Virus record (IMG/VR): IMGVR_UViG_2933348407_000001
Coordinates: 1 to 64,000 of that record
DNA length: 64,000 nt
Source of the DNA: a virus
Taxonomy: Duplodnaviria > Caudoviricetes
Direction: 5' to 3' (one strand)
Position 1 is the first letter of the stretch, and each line of letters opens with the position of its first letter. Shown here one piece after another: positions 10,279 to 20,600 of this stretch. The notes under the pieces are model-generated. The model saw nothing but the letters and a program-made list of their open reading frames with translations, ran no database searches and was not told the origin of the DNA. Both the position numbers and the translations under genes were made by a program.

Positions 10279-10659
10279 GTGTACCTCGTCTTCCAGCGGT
10301 TCGCGGACGAGGGCGCCACCTCTCGCACCTGGTCCCTGAGCAGGCTGGGGGAGCCGAAGCTGTCACTCAGCAGCCTCGTGCAGACCCGAGAGGAGTTCTA
10401 CGGGCCCCGGGGCAAGCGGCCGCCGGGGCTGTGGAAGCGAGTGCTGCGCGCGGCCGTCAAGAGCAACGGGCGTACGGGGTCGTACTACTGCCCGGACATC
10501 CCGCCATCCCGGCTCGGGATCTTGCTGGCCGTGCCCCGCTACGTCCTCCACCTGCGATGGGAGACGCGCCGCTTTCGCCAGACGGCGACCGAGCACCTGG
10601 GACGGCCGTGCCTGGCGTACACGGTCGCGGGCTGGCGCCGGGCCAAGGACGCGACGTAA
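10279..10659 (+). CDS. Hypothetical protein
   Basis: 126-aa ORF co-oriented between MTase and HNH; start uncertain. Confidence 0.5.
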   Translation: MYLVFQRFADEGATSRTWSLSRLGEPKLSLSSLVQTREEFYGPRGKRPPGLWKRVLRAAVKSNGRTGSYYCPDIPPSRLGILLAVPRYVLHLRWETRRFRQTATEHLGRPCLAYTVAGWRRAKDAT

Positions 10660-10680
10660 GGCGCGGCCGCCGTCCACTCT
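10650..10680 (+). promoter_or_regulatory. Element-specific promoter motif, copy 2
   Basis: CGCGAC-gtaaggcgcggccgccgtc(19)-CACTCT. Confidence 0.65.
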
Positions 10681-10760
10681 CCCCGCCTCGCCCGGGGCGT
10701 GCCCGACCAGGACCGCGACTCAGCGGTCCGGCGCCCGGGGCAGACGAGGAGACCAGTGCT

Positions 10761-11114
10761 GTGGCACGACGACGGACCGGCCCCACCGACGTGGTGAAGG
10801 CCATGGTCTACGACCGCGACGGCGGCGCCTGTGTGCGCTGCGGAGCGCTGGAGAACCTGACCATCCACCACAGGGTGAACCGCGGCATGGGCGGGGCGCG
10901 GGAGCCCTGGATCAACCAGGCGCACAACCTGCTGACCGCCTGCACCGTGTGCAACGGCTGGTTCGAGGACAACCCGCGGGAGTCATACGAGGCCGGGTGG
11001 AAGGTGCGCCGGCCGCAGCTCCCCGGCGAGGTCCTGGTGCGCTACCCGGACGGCAGCCAATACCGGCTCACCCCGGACGGCGTCCGCGCCACGACCGTGG
11101 CGGCCGCCCGATGA
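10761..11114 (+). CDS. HNH endonuclease (phage type)
   Basis: RDGGACVRCG..LTIHHR..GG..NLLTACTVCN; GAGGAG RBS before GTG. Confidence 0.9.
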   Translation: MARRRTGPTDVVKAMVYDRDGGACVRCGALENLTIHHRVNRGMGGAREPWINQAHNLLTACTVCNGWFEDNPRESYEAGWKVRRPQLPGEVLVRYPDGSQYRLTPDGVRATTVAAAR

Positions 11115-11230
11115 AGCGCCGCCGCCGCACCCGTGGCTCCTCGACGTCCCGAACGGACTGGATCGCCGCCGCGGTGGACGGCCTCTTCGACGCCGTGGCC
11201 GAGTTCCTGTGCTCCTGGGGGCGGCGATGA
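11111..11230 (+). CDS. Small hypothetical protein
   Basis: ATGA overlaps at both ends suggest translational coupling. Confidence 0.45.
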   Translation: MKRRRRTRGSSTSRTDWIAAAVDGLFDAVAEFLCSWGRR

Positions 11231-11817
11231 AGCGCCGTCGCCAGTGCTCCGCGATCCCGGCCGCGCTCGTCGGCTCCCAGGGCTGGCGATGCCAGCGCCT
11301 CGTCGACCACGACGGCCCGCACAAGGCCTCGTACTCCGACCGGTCAACCATGCACTACTCGTGGGAGGGCGACGCCACCAGCATCTTCGGGTACCGGACC
11401 CTCCCCGGCACCGTCCGCTTCCGGACGCCGTTCTGGACGCCGCAGCGCCGGTACCGCGCTGGTGAATGGACCATGAGCCTGCTGATCGCCCTGGTGCTGG
11501 GGTGGTGCTGGTCGCTGAGCGCGGCCGCCGTGTTCCTCGTGCCCGAGCTGTTCACGTCCATCCGGCGGGCGCACTTCGTCGACGTCGGCCGGTTCACCGC
11601 CGGCGTGTACCTCGTACGCCGGGACAACTACCCGGCGTTCTTCGCGATCGGCTTCGCCCGGTATGGGCCGGAGGCCAACGCGAAGAGGAGCGGCCTGCAG
11701 GTTGTCGTTGGGCGCCTGTCGCTGATCGTGTGCGCACTGCTGCCGCGAGGCGAGTGGGCCGACTACCAGCACCGTAAGGCCGAGCGCGAGGCACGTCGGA
11801 AGGACGTCACCCATTGA
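11227..11817 (+). CDS. Hypothetical membrane protein
   Basis: ATGA-coupled; hydrophobic segment LLIALVLGWCWSLSAAAVFLV. Confidence 0.6.
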   Translation: MKRRRQCSAIPAALVGSQGWRCQRLVDHDGPHKASYSDRSTMHYSWEGDATSIFGYRTLPGTVRFRTPFWTPQRRYRAGEWTMSLLIALVLGWCWSLSAAAVFLVPELFTSIRRAHFVDVGRFTAGVYLVRRDNYPAFFAIGFARYGPEANAKRSGLQVVVGRLSLIVCALLPRGEWADYQHRKAEREARRKDVTH

Positions 11818-11990
11818 GACAGAGTATGGACGAGAGACGTCGGCCGGGGCTGAGCGTAGTCGTCTGCTGGCGAGCGACTCGAACGGCCCCAGGTCTCGTT
11901 CAGATGCTGTGACTGGGAAGCGAAAAAATCAGTACAGAGCCGGTTACTCGCAAGCTAAGATGCCGACCAAACTAGCCGCAGAAGGTCTCC

Positions 11991-13109
11991 ATGTTCCAGA
12001 AGTTTCGCCGTTCCCGCCACGCCGGAGATGACGACTTCCTCAGGCGAATGATCAGCGACGCCGTGATGGATAAAGTTCGGGATGGTTTCGACCCCGAGCG
12101 TGTCGACGAGCTGGTCTACAAAGCGGTACCTGAATTCATCGACATGATGGCGCCCCAGCTGGCCCTCTCGATGATGCGCAATAAGCGGTCTCTCAGGGCC
12201 AATAATCGAATGGAGCGTGGGTATGACCGGCGGATCCGGAAGCGTTGGGGCAAGGCATTCGACCTCTATGTCATAGTCCATGCTGTATGTATCGAATTGG
12301 GCGAGAAGGTGTCTAATAGGGAGAGGGATGGCCTCACCTCCGCCCAGGTGCACACGCTAGAAGCTCTCACGGGGCTCCATGTCACTGCGTCTCGCATTGC
12401 AGGCGAGGTTCTGGCCCTCCTCTCCCAAGGATACCCCAGGGGAGCCCTGGCGCGTTGTCGCACGCTGCACGAGGCGGCTGTCATTGCTTGCATCATCGCG
12501 GACTCGGCTGCGGATCCAGACCATAGCGACCTGGCTGAACGGTTCCTGGATCATGAAATTGTCACCTTGCGGCGAGACGCTCTTCAGTTCCAGAAGGATC
12601 ACGAGATCCTTGGCGAGGAGCCGCTGGAGCAGGAATATCTCGATGAACTAGAGGCAAGGTACGACGACGTAATTGCGAAGTACGGGCAGAGCTTCGCGCG
12701 TGAGTATGGCTGGGCTAAAAAGTTTTCGCCCGATGACAATTTGCGCGCACTTGAAAAGAAGGCATCCCTTAGTCACGTTAGGCCGCACTATCAGTCGGCC
12801 AGTAGTGAAGTGCATTGCGGTTCCAGGGGGCTTGCCAACAACTTCATCGAAATGCGTGGCGTCACGCTTCGGCATTCAGGAAAGATCAACGTTGGCCTGA
12901 CCGGACCAGCCGACTTGGCGCTTAGTTCGCTACTTCAAGTCACTTTCTCGCATGCAGTACAAGGACATCCTGACGGCCTTAACGTTGAGTCGCTTCTGTG
13001 CATGAAGGCACTGGAAGAAATACGTTCGGCCTGTTTGGAGGAGTTCTTGGCTACGCAAAAATCCATTGACCGTGCAGAAGAAAAGATCCTGAAGCGCATG
13101 CAGCGGTGA
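11991..13109 (+). CDS. DUF5677-like (HEPN-related) protein
   Basis: ALARCRTLHEAAV and YQSASSEVH patterns; low GC and atypical codons indicate acquired cargo. Confidence 0.6.
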   Translation: MFQKFRRSRHAGDDDFLRRMISDAVMDKVRDGFDPERVDELVYKAVPEFIDMMAPQLALSMMRNKRSLRANNRMERGYDRRIRKRWGKAFDLYVIVHAVCIELGEKVSNRERDGLTSAQVHTLEALTGLHVTASRIAGEVLALLSQGYPRGALARCRTLHEAAVIACIIADSAADPDHSDLAERFLDHEIVTLRRDALQFQKDHEILGEEPLEQEYLDELEARYDDVIAKYGQSFAREYGWAKKFSPDDNLRALEKKASLSHVRPHYQSASSEVHCGSRGLANNFIEMRGVTLRHSGKINVGLTGPADLALSSLLQVTFSHAVQGHPDGLNVESLLCMKALEEIRSACLEEFLATQKSIDRAEEKILKRMQR

Positions 13110-13421
13110 GCCGCAAGCGCCGCTAATGCGCGTTGTGGCGAGTCGGGGTTGTTGCTTGGCTCATCCTCACTCAGGGCACCGTTCAGAGGCTGGCCACAAG
13201 ACCCGCGTACGGCGGCCGCGCGGACTGCGGCTCGGGCCGTGGCTCCTCTGGGTCGTCCGTCTCCCCCAGGGCCCGAACCTCGGCCTTGGGCGGATCGCGA
13301 TCACGGACACCCCCCGCGACCCAGCTCCCGGCCAGACCCGGGCGAGAAACGGCCAAGGACGGGTTCTGATCGTCGGCGGCGTCGCGTTCGTAGTGCTTCG
13401 ATGCAGGTCAGTACCTGTGCG

Positions 13422-13450
13422 CTGACACTCCGCTCTCGTGGCTGTATCAT
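13422..13450 (+). promoter_or_regulatory. Housekeeping-sigma-like promoter
   Basis: CTGACA-N17-TATCAT upstream of the 13525 ORF. Confidence 0.5.
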
Positions 13451-13524
13451 TTCCGGCTGTGCGCAGGCGTGGGGTAACCCCAGTCGGCGTGAGGCGCAGC
13501 CCCGCGCCACAGCTTGAGACGGGA

Positions 13525-14175
13525 ATGGCAGCCATGCCCAAGGCCGGGATCACCTACTCTAAGAAGAAGATCGAGAAGACCGACTTCAAGGCCCTCCGCG
13601 ACGCCGCGGAGCGCGCCGTGACGGAGGAGCTGGGCCGGATCACTCGCCCGGACGACCGGATCGAGCGCGCCGCCGAGGTCATCCGCCAAGCGGACGCCGA
13701 GGTCGCACTGCACCTCGATGACCGCGACAAGGCCGTGGCCTCCCTGTGGTTCTACGAGCACGTTCCTGGTCTCGCTGGCGCGATCGGTGTCACGCCGACC
13801 GCCTACCGCGAGGTCCTGAGCAAGGCGTTCTACGGCGGCCCTGAGCGAGTGCGCACCGAGAGCGGCCACTACGAGCTGCGGCCCGTTCCCGACCTCCCGG
13901 GCACTGAGCTGGTCAAGGCGGCCCGGGAAGCGGGCGTGCCGTTCGTTGAGGACGCCGACGAGAAGCTGCCGAAGCTGGCTACCGTCGTCGCCGAGGCGCG
14001 TGCCCGCCGCGGCGCCGCCGTGGTGTTCATGCGGGATGCCGCGCTTGCCCTGTCGGAGGAGCCGTACGGATGGGACGGGCCGAGGATCGCCGAGCACGCC
14101 GGCGTGCAGAAGAAGCTGATCTGGCAGCAGCAGGCAGCCGCACGCGCGGCCCGCGAGCGCGCCGCCAAGCGCTGA
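13525..14175 (+). CDS. Hypothetical protein, possible HTH DNA-binding
   Basis: High GC3; two HTH-like segments (GLAGAIGVTPTAYREVL; PRIAEHAGVQKKLIWQ). Confidence 0.65.
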   Translation: MAAMPKAGITYSKKKIEKTDFKALRDAAERAVTEELGRITRPDDRIERAAEVIRQADAEVALHLDDRDKAVASLWFYEHVPGLAGAIGVTPTAYREVLSKAFYGGPERVRTESGHYELRPVPDLPGTELVKAAREAGVPFVEDADEKLPKLATVVAEARARRGAAVVFMRDAALALSEEPYGWDGPRIAEHAGVQKKLIWQQQAAARAARERAAKR

Positions 14176-14196
14176 CCGATCCGCCGCACACTCCCA

Positions 14197-14233
14197 GGCC
14201 GGCCCCGAGCACCTTCGGGGCCGGTCTCCTTTT
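14197..14233 (+). terminator. Intrinsic terminator
   Basis: ggccggccccga-gcacct-tcggggccggtc followed by tcctttt. Confidence 0.7.
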
Positions 14234-14480
14234 GCCCGCAGGTCAGGCCGGGGCCTGATTATCAGGCGCCGGTCACCGGGGCCTGGAAATCCGGCTTCCG
14301 GTGGGACGGGCACCGGTAGTCCGGTCGCCGGTAGATCAGGCGCCTTTAGTAACAAGATCAAGCACCACAATGAAGTAAGAGTTCCGATGCCTTCGCTTCG
14401 CTCAGGCATCGGCGTGCATCGCCTCCGAAGGACCCTCGAAGCGTCCCCAAGCGCAGCAACAGGGCGGCAAGGGGGAGGGG

Positions 14481-14508
14481 TGTCACAGAATCCGGCCGTT
14501 GGCGTTCC
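14481..14508 (+). promoter_or_regulatory. ECF-type promoter, copy 1
   Basis: TGTCAC-agaatccggccgttgg(16)-CGTTCC, 7 nt before ATG 14516. Confidence 0.55.
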
Positions 14509-14515
14509 CCCAGAC

Positions 14516-15217
14516 ATGACGATGCGATCCATGCCCCCGCGCACGGTGCTCCCGCCGAACCTGACCCGGCACTTCTACGAGACCCGCCGGGCGTTCCTCC
14601 AGAGCGCCGGACAGGACTCCACCCCGTGGTTCCAGCTCTCCCCGCTGGAGCGCGGCGTCGTCGAGTCGGAGATGGAGATCTTCCGGCAGTCGATACGGCG
14701 GGCTGAGGAGGAGCAGGACCTGCTCGCCAGCCTCGACGCCACCCGGGCCGCCGCCGTCGAGGAGCCGGCCGCCGAGGAAACATCGGAACCCGCGGCCGCC
14801 GACGAGGACGCCGAGGAGGAGTGCTGCCTCGGGTGCGCGGCCGTCGCCGCGGTCCTGACCCTCATCGAGGGGGTGAGCCAGAACCCGAAGCCGTCCGCCG
14901 AGACCCCGGTGACGAACCGCTTCCCGTTCAGCGTCGCCGAGGTCACCACCGTCCCCCTCGACACCCGCCCGTGGGGCGTGCCGCTGAGCGAGGAGGAGAA
15001 GGCCCGCGTGAAAGCCGCCGAGGGCAAGCTGCCCGCGTGGCTTATGACCGCGGGCATCGAACTCAACGTCCTCGACGGCACCGCGCCGCGCATCCCCGTC
15101 ACCCTCGACGCCCGCCCGATCAGCGTCGAGCGCCTGCTGATGATGGATCGCTCCCCCTTCGGCGACGTCCGCGCCGAGTTCTGGCGCAAGAAGCCGCCGA
15201 CCGTCAACAAGGCGTAA
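14516..15217 (+). CDS. Hypothetical protein
   Basis: High GC3 from ATG 14516; probably leaderless. Confidence 0.7.
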   Translation: MTMRSMPPRTVLPPNLTRHFYETRRAFLQSAGQDSTPWFQLSPLERGVVESEMEIFRQSIRRAEEEQDLLASLDATRAAAVEEPAAEETSEPAAADEDAEEECCLGCAAVAAVLTLIEGVSQNPKPSAETPVTNRFPFSVAEVTTVPLDTRPWGVPLSEEEKARVKAAEGKLPAWLMTAGIELNVLDGTAPRIPVTLDARPISVERLLMMDRSPFGDVRAEFWRKKPPTVNKA

Positions 15218-15240
15218 CAGAATCCGGCGCGCGACGTACT
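15213..15240 (+). promoter_or_regulatory. ECF-type promoter, copy 2
   Basis: CGTAAC-agaatccggcgcgcga(16)-CGTACT. Confidence 0.55.
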
Positions 15241-15408
15241 ACAGAGTGCGGCTGGCCCCCTGCCCCCGAGATCCCCCCGGGGAAAGCACTCCAGCCAGCA
15301 CCCCCCGGCCGGGGTGACGGCCCTGCTCCACCTCCCCGGTGCAGGGCCTCACCCCGGCAACAGACTTCCGGCAGGCCGCGGCCGCTCAGTGCGGGCCTCG
15401 CCGGACCC

Positions 15409-15526
<118 letters not shown>

Positions 15527-15620
15527 ACCTGCCGGCGGCCGGGGGGGGCCGTGGGGGGGCGCCCCCGCCCCCCCCCGGGCGGGCGGCCCGCGGGTGGGTG
15601 ACGGCCCCGCGCGCCCCCCC

Positions 15621-15651
15621 CGCGACACTAGATCCCCGCGGGCGGCACCTT
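15621..15651 (+). promoter_or_regulatory. Element-specific promoter motif, copy 3
   Basis: CGCGAC-actagatccccgcgggcgg(19)-CACCTT, 6 nt before terminase ATG. Confidence 0.7.
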
Positions 15652-15657
15652 CCCGCC

Positions 15658-17454
15658 ATGTCCCGCACGCAGCTCTCGCCCACCACCCGCCCCCGCGTGG
15701 TCCCACCGGCCCGGGAGCTGCGCAACGGGCGTCAGCCGGGTGTCAAGTCCCGCGACGCGGCCAACGTCGCCGACCTTCTCCTCCGGGCCCCCGTGCCCGC
15801 CAGGCGCCGCGCCTTCAAGCACGACCTCACCGCCCGCGAACGGCCCCACGTCATGCGGGAGGTCGAACGGGCCACCGGCTCGATGTATGGGCTCTGGCAC
15901 GACACCCCCAGCGGCTTCATCGAGGACGTCCTCGGCGAAAGCATCTGGAGCCGTCAGCGCGAGATCGTCGACGCCGTCCCGTTCCACAAGCGCATCGCTG
16001 TACCGGCCGGCTTCGGCGTCGGGAAGACCTGGATCGCCGGACGCCTGGTCGCCTGGGCCGGAGCCGTCAACGCCCCCGGGACCATGATCATCGTCACTAC
16101 CGCGACCCGATTCCGACAGGTACGAAACCAGCTCTGGCCGCACATCAGGAAGACCGTCGCTCGCGCGGGCCTGCCCGGATACTGCGACACCACCCAGTGG
16201 AAAATCCCTGATCAGTGGGGCAATGACGTCATCGTGGCGTACGGCTTCACGGCGCCCGAGAACGACGAAGCGGCGATGCAGGGCATCCACGGCACGCCGA
16301 AGTTGCTCATCGTCGTCGACGAGGCCGGCGGTATCGCCCGCACGATCGGCAACGGCACGAACAACCTCCTCACCGGCGATGCGCGGATGCTGGCCATCGG
16401 CAACCCCGCGATGGATGACCCGCGGAGCTGGTTCGAGACGCTGTGCGAGGAAGGCGAGGACCCCGAGGAACGGGGAACGGTCACGATCCCCATCGCGACG
16501 TTCGCCTCCCCGGCCATCACGAAGGAACGGGTCCCGTACTGCAATGACTGTCCCGACGGCGTCCCCCCACACTCCCTCGCCGTTCACCTCCCCGATCAGG
16601 AGTGGGTGGACCGCACGATCCGCGAGTACGGCGAAGATCATCCGTACGTCATCGCCAAGGTGCACGCCCGCTTCCCGAAGGGCGGTGGCGGCCTCGCGAT
16701 ACCCGTGACCTGGGTCGAGGACGCTCAGAACAACGACGACCCGACCGGGGCCTGCTGGCACCGGCTGTGCGACCTCGGCCTGGAAGGTGAGACCGCCAAG
16801 CACACCGTGCGCGAAGGCGCCTGGGTTCGCCTCGGCGTCGACGTCGCCGCGGACGGCGGCGACGAATTCACGATCTACAGAGCCGTGGGCGATGCGATCG
16901 AGATGCGACACGCCAGCTCTGGCATGGCCAACGACAACCAGGTGAAGGTCGCCGAGAAAATCTTGGAGGAGATCCGCGCGGCGCAGCGCCTCGCGGACGC
17001 CCTGAACTCGCCCCACCCCGTACGCGTGAAGATCGACAAGAACGGCATCGGCCACGGCGCCACCAGCATGCTGGAGGTATGGGCGGAGAACGGCACCCAC
17101 CAGGCGCAGATCGTGGGCGTCATGGTGTCCGAATCACCGTCGCAGGACGACCCGGGCGCCGTCATGCGCCCGTACCGCAAGCGAGACGAGATGTGGCTCG
17201 CCACCCGGGCGCTCCTCCAGCCTGACCCGTCGACCGGCACCGGCCGGCTGCGCCTGCGCGTCGACCGGCAGGCCGGCATCCAACTCTCCACGCCCAAGCT
17301 CGGATCGAACACCGCCGGGTACAGCATCATCGAGTCGAAGAAGACGATGAAGGCCCGGGGAATGAAAAGTCCTGACCGGGCCGAGGCCGCTCTGCTGGCC
17401 GTGTACGAGCCGGAGCCGCTGAACCAGCCGCGCCGTCGCGGCCTCCTCAACTGA
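15658..17454 (+). CDS. terL: Phage terminase large subunit
   Basis: Walker A AGFGVGKT, Walker B LLIVVDEAG, LAIGNP coupling motif, RNase H-like LGVDVAADGGD, IDKNGIG, SPDRAEA. Confidence 0.9.
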   Translation: MSRTQLSPTTRPRVVPPARELRNGRQPGVKSRDAANVADLLLRAPVPARRRAFKHDLTARERPHVMREVERATGSMYGLWHDTPSGFIEDVLGESIWSRQREIVDAVPFHKRIAVPAGFGVGKTWIAGRLVAWAGAVNAPGTMIIVTTATRFRQVRNQLWPHIRKTVARAGLPGYCDTTQWKIPDQWGNDVIVAYGFTAPENDEAAMQGIHGTPKLLIVVDEAGGIARTIGNGTNNLLTGDARMLAIGNPAMDDPRSWFETLCEEGEDPEERGTVTIPIATFASPAITKERVPYCNDCPDGVPPHSLAVHLPDQEWVDRTIREYGEDHPYVIAKVHARFPKGGGGLAIPVTWVEDAQNNDDPTGACWHRLCDLGLEGETAKHTVREGAWVRLGVDVAADGGDEFTIYRAVGDAIEMRHASSGMANDNQVKVAEKILEEIRAAQRLADALNSPHPVRVKIDKNGIGHGATSMLEVWAENGTHQAQIVGVMVSESPSQDDPGAVMRPYRKRDEMWLATRALLQPDPSTGTGRLRLRVDRQAGIQLSTPKLGSNTAGYSIIESKKTMKARGMKSPDRAEAALLAVYEPEPLNQPRRRGLLN

Positions 17455-17616
17455 AGGGGTTCCGGTCTCGGATGTAGCCATGCTGATAGCGGGCCGGGAA
17501 TCTGCGGGTGCCAGAGGATCGATTCAGCCCCTCGGCCTAAGGCTCACCAGTAGGGTTACGGGGATTCCGGTGTTAAGCCACGCAGCGCGCACCTGCGCGC
17601 TACCAAGTGTGATGGG

Positions 17617-20600
17617 GTGCGAAGCGCGTTGAGCGGGACCACGACGACGGTGCACGACGTTCTCAGGGCGATCCGTGACGGCTCCACCGGGAACCGGGAC
17701 CGGGGGACCCGCTTCGAGGAGTTCATGGTCCAGTACCTGAGCACCGATCCGCAGTGGACCGAGCAGTTCAGCCGTGTGTGGATGTGGGCCGACTGGCCGG
17801 GCGCCGAGCACGACAAACGGGACACAGGTATCGACCTGGTCGCGCAGGACCGGGAGACCGGCGGCTTCTGTGCCATCCAGTGCAAGTTCTACGAGCCGCA
17901 GCACACGATCCACAAGGAGGACATCGACTCCTTCTTCACGGCCTCTGGCAAGGGCGCCTTCACCCGCCGGATGATCATCTCCACCACGGACAAGTGGAGC
18001 GTCCACGCCGAGGAGGCGCTGGACGACCAGCAGATCCCCGTCACCCGGCTCGGCCTGTCGGACATCGCGAGCAGCCCCGTGGAGTGGCGCATGCCCACGC
18101 CGGGCCTGCACGTCGAGTTCGAGATGACGCTGCGGGAGAAGAAGAAGCCGCGCCCTCACCAGCGTGAGGCGATCGACGACGTCTTCGCCGGCTTCGCCGA
18201 GCATGAGCGCGGCAAGCTCATCATGGCCTGCGGAACCGGCAAGACCTTCACCAGCTTGAAGATCGCCGAGCGTCTCCAGCACGAGCGGGCGGAGGCAGGC
18301 CAGGGGGAGCACACCACTGTCCTGTTCCTGGTCCCCTCCATCGCGCTTCTTTCGCAGACACTGCGCGAGTGGTCGTACGAGGCTGAGGTGCCGCTGCGCG
18401 CCTTCGCCGTCTGCTCCGACACCAAGGTCGGCAAGCAGAAGGCCCAGGGTGACGACAAGGACATGTCCACCCATGACCTGGCCCTGCCCGCCACCACCGA
18501 CCCGAACCGACTGGTCGCGCAGATGGCGAGCGTGGAGGCGACGCCGGGCCTCACAGTGGTGTTCTCCACCTACCAGTCGATCGCGACCGTCTCGGCGGCC
18601 CAGCAGCAGGGCCTGCCCCGCTTCGATCTGATCCTGTGCGATGAAGCCCACCGCACCACGGGCGTCACCCTCTCCGGTCACGACGAGTCCGCGTTCGTCC
18701 GCGTCCACGACGACTCCTTCCTCGGCGCGGACCGCCGCCTGTACATGACCGCGACCCCGCGCGTGTACAACGACGACACCAAGCAGGACGCCAAGCACGC
18801 CGACGCGGCCGTCGCCTCAATGGACGACGAAGCGACATATGGCCCCGAGTTCCACCGGCTCGGCTTCGGCAAGGCCGTGGAGCAGGGGCTGCTCACCGAC
18901 TACAAGGTCCTCATCCTCACGATCGATGAGGGCGCCGTCGCCAAGACCCTCCAGGAGAGCCTGGCCGGCGCGGACGCCGAGCTGAGCCTCGACGACGCAG
19001 CGAAGATCATCGGCTGCTGGAACGCGATGGCCAAGCGCACCGGCACCTTCGCCGACGGCTCCGGTTTCGGCAAGGACGAGTCCCCGATGAAGCGGGCCGT
19101 CGCCTTCGCCCGCTCCATCGCCGACTCCAAGTCCGTCGCCGCCCGGTTCAACGAGGTCGTCGACGCCTACGACGACGCGGATGACGAGGTGCTGCACTGC
19201 GAGGTCGACCACGTCGACGGCACCTTCAACACCCTCCAGCGCAACCGGCTCCTCGACTGGCTCAAGCAGGACCCGGGCCCGGCCAACGCCCGCATCCTGT
19301 CCAACGCCCGCTGCCTGTCGGAGGGCGTCGACGTGCCAAGCCTGGACGCGGTGCTGTTCCTGCACCCGCGCAACTCCGTGGTGGACGTCGTCCAGTCCGT
19401 CGGCCGCGTCATGCGCACCGCCCCTGGCAAGAACTACGGCTACATCATCCTGCCTGTCGCCGTCCCCGCGGGTATGCCGCCGGAGAAGGCGCTCGCGGAC
19501 AACCAGCGCTTCAAGACTGTCTGGCAGGTCCTCCAGGCCTTGCGCGCCCACGACGACCGCTTCAACGCCACCGTCAACCAGATCGAGCTCAACAAGAAGA
19601 AGCCCGACACCATCGGCATCGGCCACATCGGCGCGGGCGACGAGACGGTCGGCGACCAGGACGGCTCCAGTACCGCCGACAGCGCCCAGGCCGCCAAGGA
19701 GAAGGAAGCTCAGAGCGCCCAGCACATCCAGGACGCCCTGTTCTCCGTGAGCGACTGGCGGGACGCCATCTACGCCCGCATCGTCGACAAGGTCGGCGAG
19801 CGCCACTACTGGGAGGACTGGGCCAAGGACATCGCCCAGATCGCCGACCGCCACGTCACCCGCATCAAGGCCGCCCTGGCGATCCCCGAGAAGCAGGCCG
19901 CCTTCGAAGAGTTCGTCGCCGAGCTGCGCGCGACGATAAATCCTGGTGTCTCCGACTCCGACGCCATCGACATGCTCGCGCAGCACATCATCACCAAGCC
20001 GGTCTTCGACGCGCTGTTCAAGGACTACGCCTTCACCGACCACAACCCGGTCTCCCAGGCGATGCAGCGCATGCTCGACGTCCTCGACGACACCGGCCTG
20101 GACGCCGAGACCAAGACCCTTCAGGACTTCTACCACTCGGTCCGTGTCCGCGCCGAAGGCATCGACAACCACGAAGGCCGGCAGCGCGTCATCGTCGAGC
20201 TGTACGACAAGTTCTTCAAGACCGCCCTGCCCAAGACCGCCGACGCTCTTGGCATCGTCTACACCCCGGTCGAGGTCGTCGACTTCATCCTCCGCTCCAC
20301 CGAACAGGCCCTCACCAAGCACCTCGGCCGCTCGCTGAGCGACGAGGGCGTCCACATCATCGACCCCTTCACCGGCACCGGCACATTCCCCGTTCGCCTC
20401 CTCCAGTCTGGCCTCATCCAGCCCGAGGCCCTCGCCCGCAAGTACGCCCAGGAGCTGCACGCCAACGAGATCGTGCTGCTCGCGTACTACATCGCGGCCA
20501 TCAACATTGAGGCGGCGTACGCGGACCTGACCGGCCGGCAGGACACCTACTCTCCCTTCGAGGGCATCGTCCTGACCGACACCTTCCAGCTCGCCGAGGG

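Noticed and set aside
15230-15260. Sixth copy of CGCGAC-N19-CAYNNT
   Set aside because: CGCGACGTA is present but no CAYNNT at the 19-nt spacing; better explained as the -10 of the ECF-type motif
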